A stretch of DNA of 64,000 bases, from the NCBI GenBank assembly GCA_045638465.1, contig JAZUBK010000020.1, positions 27,021-91,020 of the forward strand. The letters run 5' to 3'. The notes beneath the pieces were generated by a model, which saw only the letters and a program-made list of their open reading frames with translations, ran no database searches and was not told where the DNA came from. Origin of the DNA: Clostridia bacterium. GTDB lineage: Bacteria > Bacillota > Clostridia > Christensenellales > UBA1242. Both the position numbers and the translations under genes were made by a program. Positions 40,092 through 48,534 of the stretch are shown piece by piece (positions within the stretch are counted from its first letter, which is position 1; every line of letters starts with the position of its first letter).

Positions 40092-41615
40092 ATGAAAGAA
40101 GAATTTTGTACACTTCTTATACTTGATGGATTCGGCGAAAGGATTGCTGATGAAGGCAATGCTATAACAAAAGCTGGAATACCATATATAAATAGCCTAA
40201 AAGAAAAATACCCATATACAACTCTTGGTGCTTCAGAAGAAGATGTTGGTATCATTGAGGGACAAATGGGCGATAGCGAAGTTGGACATATGAACATAGG
40301 TGCAGGTAGAGTTGTTATGCAAAACTTGTTAAAAATCAATAACGCTATCAAAGACGGTTCATTTTTTGAAAATGAAAATATAAATAAAATTATGCAAATA
40401 ACAAAAGAAAAGGGTTCAGACTTACACCTTATGGGTCTTGTTTCTGATGGTGGTGTACACAGTCACTACAAGCACCTATTTGCATATCTTGATCTTGCAA
40501 AAAAATATGATATAAAAAATGTTTATATCCACGTGATTACTGATGGTAGAGATACAGAGGTTACTAGTGGTAAAGGTTATATCAAAATTTTACAAGACTA
40601 TATCAAAGAAACTGGTATCGGAAAAATCACATCACTTAGCGGTAGATTGTACGCTATGGATAGAGAACTAAACTGGGACAGAACAAAACAATACTATGAC
40701 GCAGTAGTTTATGGCGATGGTAAATTTGCAAATAGCATAGAAGAAGCTATCGAAAACAGCTATAGCGAAGGCATCACTGATGAGTTTGTTTTGCCTCATG
40801 TAATACTAGATAATGGCAAATCTCACACAATCAAAGACGGCGATAGCCTTATAATGTTCAACTATCGTAAAGATAGACCAAGACAAATTATAGGTTCTCT
40901 TGTGCTTGAAAAGTTTGATGGCTTTAAGCGTAAAGAGTTTAAAGATTTGGCAGTACTTACAACAACAAATCTAAATCCTGAATTTGATGTTTTGGTAGCA
41001 TATGAAGATGTTGTTTTAGACGAATGTATTGCTCAAGTTATAAGCGAAAGCGGTAATAAACTATTAAAAGTTGCTGAAACTACAAAATACGCTCACGTAA
41101 CCTATTATCTAAATGGTACTGTAGAGCCTCCATTTGAAGGTGAAGATAGAAAACTATTTGATAGCGATAAGGTAAAGAACTTTGCCGAAAAACCATTGAT
41201 GCAAGCATCAAAGATTGCAGACTATACAGCAGAGGCTATAAAGTCTCATAAGTATAAGTTTATTGCAGTAAACATTGCCAATGGTGATATGATAGGCCAT
41301 ACTGGTGATATGAAAGCAGCAATAACTACTGTTGCAGAAATAGATAGAGTAGTAAAACAACTAGTAGAAACAACACTTGCCGAAAATGGCTCTATTGTTG
41401 TTACTGCAGACCACGGCAATATTGACGAAATGATAAATGCTCGTGGCGAAGTTTCAACAGCTCACAGCCTAAGTCGTGTACCATTTATTTTGGTTAGCGA
41501 AAAATTCAAAGATGTAAAACTTCAAGAAGGTGGAAAACTAGCAAATATTGCTCCAACTATTTTGAAAGTTTTGGATATTGAAAAATCACCAAAAATGACA
41601 GATCCATTATTTTAA
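40092..41615 (+). CDS. gpmI: 2,3-bisphosphoglycerate-independent phosphoglycerate mutase
   Basis: 507 aa, GDSEVGHMNIGAGR, VTADHGN. Confidence 0.94.
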   Translation: MKEEFCTLLILDGFGERIADEGNAITKAGIPYINSLKEKYPYTTLGASEEDVGIIEGQMGDSEVGHMNIGAGRVVMQNLLKINNAIKDGSFFENENINKIMQITKEKGSDLHLMGLVSDGGVHSHYKHLFAYLDLAKKYDIKNVYIHVITDGRDTEVTSGKGYIKILQDYIKETGIGKITSLSGRLYAMDRELNWDRTKQYYDAVVYGDGKFANSIEEAIENSYSEGITDEFVLPHVILDNGKSHTIKDGDSLIMFNYRKDRPRQIIGSLVLEKFDGFKRKEFKDLAVLTTTNLNPEFDVLVAYEDVVLDECIAQVISESGNKLLKVAETTKYAHVTYYLNGTVEPPFEGEDRKLFDSDKVKNFAEKPLMQASKIADYTAEAIKSHKYKFIAVNIANGDMIGHTGDMKAAITTVAEIDRVVKQLVETTLAENGSIVVTADHGNIDEMINARGEVSTAHSLSRVPFILVSEKFKDVKLQEGGKLANIAPTILKVLDIEKSPKMTDPLF

Positions 41616-41625
41616 GGAGTAGATT

Positions 41626-42387
41626 ATGAATAAAAAAACAATCATTGCAAACTTCAAAATGAACAAAACAAATAGTGAAGTAAAAGATTACCTAAAAGTT
41701 TTCAAAAAACTTGTAAAAGGTAAAGATGCTAATATTGGTATTTGTGTGCCATATACAGACCTTGCTACAGCAGTAAAACTTACTAAAAAGACAGGTATTT
41801 TGGTTGGCGCTCAAAATATGAACGAAAATACATCTGGGGCATACACTGGCGAAGTTTCAGCGGCTATGCTAAAAGATATCGGTGTATATGCTACACTTAT
41901 TGGCCATAGTGAGAGAAGATCTTACTACAACGAAACAAACAAAACAGTAAATGCAAAAGTAGCAAAAGCTTTGGCTGAAGGTATCAGACCTATAGTTTGT
42001 ATCGGTGAAAACCTAGATGAGAGAAATGCAGGAAAAACAAATGCTGTTTTAAAAGCTCAACTAAAAGAAGGCCTAAAAAATATTGCAGAAGATGATTTTG
42101 CAGATGTAATTATCGCATACGAACCAGTTTGGGCTATTGGTACTGGCGTTGTTCCAACTAATGACCAAATCGTAGATGCTATGGCTTCTATCCGCAAAAC
42201 ATTAACTACTATTTATAGCAAAGAAACTGCAGCAAAAACTATTATTCAATATGGTGGTAGCGTGAACGAAAAGAACGCTCTAGAAATTGCATCACTTAAA
42301 GGCGTTGATGGGGCTTTGGTTGGTGGAGCAGGTCTTGATCCAAACAAATTTAATACAATTATTGACAGTTTTTTGGCTGCTAAGTAA
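41626..42387 (+). CDS. tpiA: Triose-phosphate isomerase
   Basis: 253 aa, ANFKMN, IGHSERR, AYEPVWAIGTG. Confidence 0.95.
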   Translation: MNKKTIIANFKMNKTNSEVKDYLKVFKKLVKGKDANIGICVPYTDLATAVKLTKKTGILVGAQNMNENTSGAYTGEVSAAMLKDIGVYATLIGHSERRSYYNETNKTVNAKVAKALAEGIRPIVCIGENLDERNAGKTNAVLKAQLKEGLKNIAEDDFADVIIAYEPVWAIGTGVVPTNDQIVDAMASIRKTLTTIYSKETAAKTIIQYGGSVNEKNALEIASLKGVDGALVGGAGLDPNKFNTIIDSFLAAK

Positions 42388-42406
42388 CTTTGAAAAGTAT
42401 TTTACA

Positions 42407-42435
42407 TTGACAATCTAGCAATTTTAATATATACT
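42407..42435 (+). promoter_or_regulatory. Promoter TTGACA-17-TATACT
   Basis: Hexamers at 42407-42412 and 42430-42435. Confidence 0.55.
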
Positions 42436-42479
42436 CATAATGTTACTACTTGTTATATTTATAAGGGGGGTTGGACATT

Positions 42480-42695
42480 ATGTTTACAAATATGGCTAAT
42501 CAATTTGTAACATTCTTGAGGAATATTAATCCCACAACAAGAATGCTGTGCATGGTTACGTTTATACTACTGGCCTTGTTGTGTATCGTTAAGTTTGTTA
42601 GCAAAAATGTCGAAAAAACCAAAATTTATTGGCTTCATATATCTATAGCATTGTTACTTATTACTGCTTGTGTTTTACTAGCGGTTTATCAATAA
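42480..42695 (+). CDS. Small hypothetical membrane protein (2 TM)
   Basis: ATG 42480 lies 9 nt after a G-rich SD (aagggggg). 71 aa with two hydrophobic helices. Confidence 0.45.
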   Translation: MFTNMANQFVTFLRNINPTTRMLCMVTFILLALLCIVKFVSKNVEKTKIYWLHISIALLLITACVLLAVYQ

Positions 42696-42718
42696 ATTTT
42701 TTTAAGGAGAGATTAATT

Positions 42719-43030
42719 ATGTTGTATAGCTTACTAGGTGCTAAAGGTCTTCCTGTTTGGGTTACTAATAGTTTTCCTGTTATAAGACAAATACTTATGG
42801 TTTTGGTAGCTTTGGCTGCTATTGGTATCATTATTGTTACTATGATTCAACCAGGTGAGTCTTCTGGTGGAACTAATGTTATCACAGGCGCTAGTGAAAG
42901 TTTTTATTCTAAAAACAAAGCTAGTTCTAAGGAAGGTAGATTCAAAAGATTAACAATCTTACTTTCTAGCTTTATTGCAGTTGCAATTATTGTTTATTGC
43001 ATACTTACAGTTATTTACGGTGGTATCTAA
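42719..43030 (+). CDS. secG: Preprotein translocase subunit SecG (probable)
   Basis: Start moved to ATG 42719 after aaggaga. 103 aa with 2 TM helices and a Gly/Ser loop (QPGESSGGTN). Lies between the glycolytic genes and rnr, as in other Bacillota. Confidence 0.6.
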   Translation: MLYSLLGAKGLPVWVTNSFPVIRQILMVLVALAAIGIIIVTMIQPGESSGGTNVITGASESFYSKNKASSKEGRFKRLTILLSSFIAVAIIVYCILTVIYGGI

Positions 43031-43041
43031 TAAAAAAAGTT

Positions 43042-43070
43042 AAGGGGTGGGATTTTTCCACCCTTATTTT
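43042..43070 (+). terminator. Intrinsic terminator
   Basis: Arms aaggggtgg and ccaccctt, followed by atttt. Confidence 0.65.
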
Positions 43071-43086
43071 ATATAAGGAGAAATAA

Positions 43087-45195
43087 ATGGATATTAGACA
43101 AAATGTTTTAGATTGCTTAGAAACACACAACCTATTGCATAACAATTTGCACGAACTTGCAACTATGATTGCAAGTAAACTTTCTTTGGATACAAAAGAG
43201 GTTGTTAGCGCCCTAAAAGAGCTTGTTGCTCAAGGCGACGTTTTCGAATATGACAAAGGCAAATTTGCATCAATAATTTCTCTTGGAATGGTCAAAGGAA
43301 AACTAATGGGCCACACTAGAGGCTTTGGTTTCGTTTCTCGCGGCCCTAAGCAAGAAGACGTATTTATTCCTGCTAAGTTTATGAACGGCGCTATGAACAA
43401 TGATATCGTCCTTGTAGATGTGTTGCAAGACGCCGAAGATGATAAGAGTGAAGTTGGTAAGGTAGTTAAAATTTTGGAAAGAGGGACTGATCAAATTGTT
43501 GGTACATACCAAGCATGTAGAAAATTTGGTTGGGTTATTCCTGATGACCAAAAATTTAATAAAGATATTTTTATTCCTACAGGAAAAAGCAGAGGTGCAA
43601 AAGATGGTGATACTGTTGTAGTAACTATCACAAGTTATGGCGGAGCGAAAAAACCTGAAGGATATGTTAACGAAATTATCGGCGACAAAAACGCACCTGG
43701 TAATGATGTACTAAGTTTAATCAGACAATACAAAATTTACGAAGAGTTCCCAAAAGAAGTAATGGACTATGTTGCTACTGTTCCTCAAGAGGTAACAGAA
43801 AACTCTAAAAAGAATCGTAGAGATTTGACCGACCTTGTAACATTTACAATCGACGGCGAAGACGCAAAAGACTTTGACGATGCAGTGTCACTTACTATCG
43901 AAAATGGAATATATAACCTTGGTGTACATATTGCTGACGTAGGACACTATGTTCAAAAAGATGGTGTTTTGGATAAAGAGGCATACAAAAGAGGTACTAG
44001 CGTGTACTTTTGCGATAGAGTAATACCTATGCTTCCAAAAGAACTTTCTAACGGTATATGTTCACTAAACGAAGGCGTAGAAAGACTTTGTCTTTCTGTG
44101 TTTATGAAAATAGATGCAACAGGTAATGTAATTTCTCATGATATTTGCGAATCTGTAATCAAAAGCAAACATCGTATGACCTATACTTCAGTTTTCAAGA
44201 TGCTTGAGGGCGACGAAGAAGAAATAAGGAAATATTCAGATGTTGCTGATATTATCAAAGATATGGGTGAACTTTCAGAGCTACTTATGAAGGTAAGAAA
44301 TGAAAGAGGAAATATCGACTTTGATTTTCCAGAAACATATTTGGTTATAGATAGCAATGGTAAACTAGTTGACGTTAAAGCAAGGGAAACAAACAGAGCC
44401 CATAGACTTATCGAAACATTTATGGTGCTAACAAATGAAGTAATAGCTGAGCATATGTGCAAAGAAAAATTACCATTTGTTTATCGTGTCCACGAAACAC
44501 CAGATGCAGAAAAAATGACAACATTATTTGCTTTCCTTGATTCTTTTGGAATTCATTATGATTGCGACCTAAGAGATGTAAAACCAAAAGATATTCAAAA
44601 CATAATGAATCAAATTGAAGACAAAGATTATAAAGACGTTATTAGTACAGTTATGTTAAGATCACTTAAAAAAGCAAGATATTTGCCAGAATGTCTTGGT
44701 CACTTTGGTCTTGCTAGTACGTTCTATTGTCACTTTACATCACCTATCAGAAGATACCCAGACCTTATTATCCACAGAATTATCAAACAATATTTGCATG
44801 GTTCTCTAAATAATATTGTTAAAAACGAACTAAAATCTTATGTTGAGACAGCATCTCTTCAATCAAGCGAAAGAGAAAAACTAGCTGAAGAGATGGAAAG
44901 AGCAGTAGACGACCTAAAGAAAGCTCAATATATGACTGACTTTATCGGTGATAGATTCCCAGGCGTTATCTCTGGACTTAACCAAAGAGGTATCTTTGTT
45001 ATGCTAGAAAATACAGCAGAGGGCATAATTAATATTGACTTTTTGCCAAATGACAGCTATGATTATGACGATACTACATTGACACTTAGTGGCAAAAATA
45101 ACCACTTTAGACTAGGTGATAAGGTAGAAATCGAAGTTTCTGGCACAAATATAAGAGAAAGAAAAATCTATTTCAAATTTGTTAAAAAATTATAA
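43087..45195 (+). CDS. rnr: Ribonuclease R
   Basis: 702 aa. RNB motifs IDGEDAKDFDDAV and HFGLASTFYCHFTSPIRRYPDLIIHR. C-terminal S1-like domain. Lies upstream of smpB-ssrA. Confidence 0.92.
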   Translation: MDIRQNVLDCLETHNLLHNNLHELATMIASKLSLDTKEVVSALKELVAQGDVFEYDKGKFASIISLGMVKGKLMGHTRGFGFVSRGPKQEDVFIPAKFMNGAMNNDIVLVDVLQDAEDDKSEVGKVVKILERGTDQIVGTYQACRKFGWVIPDDQKFNKDIFIPTGKSRGAKDGDTVVVTITSYGGAKKPEGYVNEIIGDKNAPGNDVLSLIRQYKIYEEFPKEVMDYVATVPQEVTENSKKNRRDLTDLVTFTIDGEDAKDFDDAVSLTIENGIYNLGVHIADVGHYVQKDGVLDKEAYKRGTSVYFCDRVIPMLPKELSNGICSLNEGVERLCLSVFMKIDATGNVISHDICESVIKSKHRMTYTSVFKMLEGDEEEIRKYSDVADIIKDMGELSELLMKVRNERGNIDFDFPETYLVIDSNGKLVDVKARETNRAHRLIETFMVLTNEVIAEHMCKEKLPFVYRVHETPDAEKMTTLFAFLDSFGIHYDCDLRDVKPKDIQNIMNQIEDKDYKDVISTVMLRSLKKARYLPECLGHFGLASTFYCHFTSPIRRYPDLIIHRIIKQYLHGSLNNIVKNELKSYVETASLQSSEREKLAEEMERAVDDLKKAQYMTDFIGDRFPGVISGLNQRGIFVMLENTAEGIINIDFLPNDSYDYDDTTLTLSGKNNHFRLGDKVEIEVSGTNIRERKIYFKFVKKL

Positions 45196-45212
45196 AAGGA
45201 GGAAAAAGACTT

Positions 45213-45653
45213 TTGAAAGTAATTGCGACTAACAAAAAAGCACACTTCAACTACGAAATACTCGAAAAGTATACCGCAGGTATAGCTCTAGAGGGTAGCG
45301 AAGTAAAATCAATAAGACTAGGTAATATCCGAATTAATGATGCTTTTGTTAGTATCAAAAATTATGAAGTCTTTTTGAAAAACTCTTTTATAAAACAATA
45401 CGAAAAAGCAAGTTCTTTTGTACCTAAAACAGATAGGGATAGAAAGTTGCTTTTAAACAAAAATGAAATTTTGAAACTAAAACAAAAATCAGCAGAAAAG
45501 GGGCTAACGATAGTTCCTTTAGCTGCAGGTTTTGTAAACAATAGAGTAAAGATAGAGATTGGCCTTTGCAAAGGCAAAAAACTATTTGATAAGAAAAACA
45601 CTCTAAAAGAAAAAGACATATCAAGAGAAACTGAAAGACAACTAAAAATTTAG
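45213..45653 (+). CDS. smpB: SsrA-binding protein SmpB
   Basis: TTG start 10 nt after aggagg. 146 aa, NKKAHFNYEILEKYTAGIALEGSEVKSIR. Confidence 0.93.
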   Translation: MKVIATNKKAHFNYEILEKYTAGIALEGSEVKSIRLGNIRINDAFVSIKNYEVFLKNSFIKQYEKASSFVPKTDRDRKLLLNKNEILKLKQKSAEKGLTIVPLAAGFVNNRVKIEIGLCKGKKLFDKKNTLKEKDISRETERQLKI

Positions 45654-45665
45654 TTTTCTCTTTAT

Positions 45666-46016
45666 GGGGGCGACTTGGTTTTGACGGGGAGGTTGAAACC
45701 TTTGTGTAAAGCATATCGCAGGTGTGGACTGCGTCATCAACCGCAAAATGCAATAAATGCAAACAATAACACTTGCCTAGCTGCAGCGTAATGTAGCTTG
45801 TTCTAAGGGCCTTTTCTCGCGGGGACTTTAGAACATTAGTTTAGCGAGAGGCAAACTATTGTTGGTCTTTGGCTGTAGTTTGTTATCTACAAAGACTAGC
45901 TGGTGAACTTCTGTCTATGGAATCGTCACTGGGGAGGAATCAATCATAGAATAAGTATGTAGAAAAGCAATCGTTTACCTTTTCGGACGAGAGTTCAATT
46001 CTCTCCGCCTCCACCA
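45666..46016 (+). ncRNA. ssrA: tmRNA (SsrA), ~351 nt
   Basis: The 5' gggggcg pairs with the 3' cgcctcc, giving the G3-U Ala identity pair, followed by ACCA. T-arm gagagttcaattctctc. Internal tag ORF ends LAAA-TAA. Directly follows smpB. Confidence 0.92.
45759..45791 (+). other. tmRNA tag-coding segment: ANNNTCLAAA-stop
   Basis: GCA resume codon at tmRNA position 94. Reading frame is gca aac aat aac act tgc cta gct gca gcg taa. Confidence 0.6.
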
Positions 46017-46021
46017 CAATG

Positions 46022-46054
46022 TACCCAACTGAACACAGTTGGGTATTTTTTTTT
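46022..46054 (+). terminator. Intrinsic terminator of ssrA
   Basis: Arms tacccaactg and cagttgggta, followed by a 9-nt T-run. Confidence 0.8.
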
Positions 46055-46118
46055 GTAAATTATATGCTTGTTAGCTATTTTTATGTTATAATGTCTTTAG
46101 AATATTGTGGAGTAAAGT

Positions 46119-47786
46119 ATGTCAGAAAAGAAATATGTTATTGATAATAAAAAACTAATGGCTGAATGGGATGTAGAAAAAAATCAAAAACTTGGCTTTT
46201 ATCCAGACAAAATAACTTGTGGTTCAAATAAAAAAGCATGGTGGAAGTGTTCCAAAGAACACGAGTGGCAAGCAGCAATATGCAGTAGAAATATGGGGTC
46301 AGGATGTCCATATTGTTCAGGAAATAAGGTTTTAAATGGTTATAACGATTTAAAGACAGTTAATCCAATTTTAGCAAATGAATGGAATTATAAAAAAAAT
46401 GGAAACTTAACCCCTGAACTTTTTACAGCAAGTAGCAAACAAAAGGTTTGGTGGAAATGTTCAAAAGAACACGAATGGCAAGCTTCAATAAATAGTAGAA
46501 GTAATGGTAGAGGTTGTCCATACTGCTCAAACAAAAAAGTTTTGAAAGGTGTTAATGATTTGCAGACATTAAATCCTGATTTGGCAAGTGAATGGAATTA
46601 TGAAAAAAATGGACAATTAAGCCCGACAGAGGTCTTGCAAAATAGTCATAAAAAAATATGGTGGAGATGTAATAATGGGCACTGTTGGGAAGCAATAATT
46701 GCTGATAGGAATAAAGGAAATGGATGTCCATATTGTTCTGGAAGATACTCCATAAAAGGCAGAAATGACCTATTAACAGTTAATCCAATATTGGCAAACG
46801 AATGGAATTATGAGAAAAACAACGAATTAACACCTAAAGATGTGTTGCCTAATAGCGACAAAAAAGTATGGTGGAGATGTAAAAAAGGTCATGAATGGCT
46901 AGCCTCTATAGGTCATAGAAGTAATGGACGTGGATGTCCTATTTGTGATTCTGAAAGAAAAACCTCTATGCCTGAATATGCAATTGTGTATTATCTAAAA
47001 AAACATGGAATAGAAGTTGTTCATTCCTATAAAGAATTAGGATACGAATTAGACGTTTTTCTTCCAACAAAGAAAATTGCTATCGAGTATGATGGAAGTT
47101 ATTGGCACAAAAATAGAAGAAAAAAAGATTTGGAAAAAAACCAAAAATGTAAAACAGATGGTATTAAATTATATAGAATAAGAGATGGTTTACCTTCATT
47201 AAACGATAGTTCTATAGATTATATTATTGAAGAAAAACAAAAAGATTTTTGTCAAGTGCTTGAAAAAATTTTAAGTGAAATCATAGGTAAAAAAATCAAT
47301 ATTAATTTAGAAAAAGATTCCATAGAAATAGAAAACTTACGAGATTATACAGAAAAGAACAATTCTCTTTTAATGTCCAACCCAGAAGTTGCTAAAGAAT
47401 GGAATTATGCAAAGAATGGTAGTTTAACACCTCAACAATTTTTTGCCCATAGCAATAAAAAGGTATGGTGGAAATGTAAAAATGGTCATGAATGGCAAGC
47501 AAATATAAACGATAGAAATAGAGGTCGAGGTTGTCCATTTTGCGCAAGCAAAAAGATCCTTCAAGGATATAATGATTTAGCCACAATAAATCCATCATTG
47601 GCAAACGAATGGAATTACGAAAAAAATGATGGGCTAAAACCTATAGATGTATTACCTAATAGTCATAAACAAGTGTGGTGGAAGTGCAAAAATGGTCATG
47701 AGTGGCAAGCTGTGATAAAAAGTAGAAATAATGGAAATGGATGTCCATATTGTTATAGATTAAATAAACATAAAAAAGACACTTAG
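46119..47786 (+). CDS. Zinc-ribbon repeat protein (6 DUF4379-like modules) with embedded PD-(D/E)XK / DUF559-like nuclease core
   Basis: 555 aa. Six ~70-aa modules of the form WNYEKNG.L.P..V...S.KKVWWKC..GHEW.A.I..R..G.GCPYC (four N-terminal, two C-terminal). The central segment YELDVFLPTKKIAIEYDGSYWH resembles Vsr/DUF559-type endonuclease cores. Confidence 0.6.
   Translation: MSEKKYVIDNKKLMAEWDVEKNQKLGFYPDKITCGSNKKAWWKCSKEHEWQAAICSRNMGSGCPYCSGNKVLNGYNDLKTVNPILANEWNYKKNGNLTPELFTASSKQKVWWKCSKEHEWQASINSRSNGRGCPYCSNKKVLKGVNDLQTLNPDLASEWNYEKNGQLSPTEVLQNSHKKIWWRCNNGHCWEAIIADRNKGNGCPYCSGRYSIKGRNDLLTVNPILANEWNYEKNNELTPKDVLPNSDKKVWWRCKKGHEWLASIGHRSNGRGCPICDSERKTSMPEYAIVYYLKKHGIEVVHSYKELGYELDVFLPTKKIAIEYDGSYWHKNRRKKDLEKNQKCKTDGIKLYRIRDGLPSLNDSSIDYIIEEKQKDFCQVLEKILSEIIGKKININLEKDSIEIENLRDYTEKNNSLLMSNPEVAKEWNYAKNGSLTPQQFFAHSNKKVWWKCKNGHEWQANINDRNRGRGCPFCASKKILQGYNDLATINPSLANEWNYEKNDGLKPIDVLPNSHKQVWWKCKNGHEWQAVIKSRNNGNGCPYCYRLNKHKKDT
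46164..47770 (+). repeat. Diverged intragenic ~210-nt repeats (6 copies, interrupted by a ~430-nt unique core)
   Basis: gaatggaatta anchors at 46380, 46590, 46800, 47397 and 47607 (spacing exactly 210, 210 and 210 within blocks). A related gaatggg lies at 46164. Confidence 0.85.
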
Positions 47787-47809
47787 TAAAAGTGTCTTTT
47801 ATTTTTTTT
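47774..47809 (+). terminator. Intrinsic terminator overlapping the stop codon
   Basis: Arms aaaagacact and agtgtctttt. The loop contains the TAG stop. Followed by a T-run. Confidence 0.7.
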
Positions 47810-47971
47810 GAGATTAAGGCAATTATTTCCTCTTTTGTTCTGTAATCACATGGAAAATTAATATTACATTCATTAATTGGTAAGGATATTTCCAATGATA
47901 TTTCTTCATTAAATTTAAATTTTGCGAAAGTGGTTATATAAAATGCGTCATATTTGATAGGGTATATATCA

Positions 47972-48010
47972 GTAAAAAAGCACCCAACTAAGCCAGTTGA
48001 GTGTTTTTTG
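47972..48010. terminator. Hairpin terminator (best on the - strand, for the DUF1810 gene), sequence-related to the ssrA terminator
   Basis: Arms cacccaact and agttgagtg. The hairpin is perfect with one G-U pair on the - strand transcript and has a C-A mismatch on the + strand. T-runs are present on both sides. Confidence 0.6.
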
Positions 48011-48036
48011 TATTACAATCAATTAAAGTTCGCCGT

Positions 48037-48447
48037 TTAGAATAGCGATGTCATGGAATCTTCTTTGCCGTCAAAAAACTTTTCTAGGGCTTGGGCATAG
48101 ATTGGGTTTTCTGGCTCTGCGGCTTTAAATAAAGTAAGGCTAGAGCGGAACTTTTTGTCGTCGGGCTCACCAAATATATCATAGGCGTCGCTAGTTTCTA
48201 AATTTAGCAAAATATTTATAAGTTCTTCCATATGAGATTTTAGAAGGTCGTTTTTTAGATAGGCTTTTGCCTCGTCTATATTTTCTATTGCATAATATAT
48301 AGCAGTTTCGCTATATCCAAGGCCTTGGATTTGCGGGAATATAAACCACATATAGTGACTTTTCTTTTTTCCTGCGGTCAGTTCTTGCTTTGCTATGCCG
48401 TAATACTTGTTATGGGCGTCGATAAATCTTTGCATATCGTAATTCAT
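48037..48447 (-). CDS. DUF1810 family protein
   Basis: Start moved to the ATG at 48447 (MNYDMQRFIDAH). KKKSHYMWFIFPQIQGLGYSETAIYYAI...DDKKFRSSLTLF matches the DUF1810 signature as I remember it. Confidence 0.75.
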   Translation of the reverse strand: MNYDMQRFIDAHNKYYGIAKQELTAGKKKSHYMWFIFPQIQGLGYSETAIYYAIENIDEAKAYLKNDLLKSHMEELINILLNLETSDAYDIFGEPDDKKFRSSLTLFKAAEPENPIYAQALEKFFDGKEDSMTSLF

Positions 48448-48454
48448 ATTTTGG

Positions 48455-48483
48455 TTATAACACAATATTTTGGGTATTGTCAA
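48455..48483 (-). promoter_or_regulatory. Promoter TTGACA-17-TTATAA (or TGtTATAAC) placing +1 at the ATG of the DUF1810 gene (leaderless candidate)
   Basis: On the - strand: TTGACA at 48483-48478 and the -10 at 48460-48454. The ATG A at 48447 lies 7 nt after TATAAC. No SD is present. Confidence 0.5.
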
Positions 48484-48490
48484 TTTGACA
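48478..48490. repeat. 13-bp perfect palindrome TGTCAA-T-TTGACA formed by two back-to-back divergent -35 boxes
   Basis: Read directly from the sequence. Confidence 0.85.
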
Positions 48491-48513
48491 GTAGTATGTT
48501 ACAATAATTATAA
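48485..48513 (+). promoter_or_regulatory. Promoter TTGACA-17-TTATAA for the RNase II-family gene
   Basis: Hexamers at 48485-48490 and 48508-48513. SD agagggag follows immediately, so the leader is short. Confidence 0.45.
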
Positions 48514-48534
48514 CAAAAGAGGGAGTAACTGAAT

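Noticed and set aside
42465-42470. A G6 run upstream of the small membrane protein gene as a second phase-variable tract
   Set aside because: It is too short for frequent slippage, and it is simply the SD (aagggggg) for the ATG at 42480.
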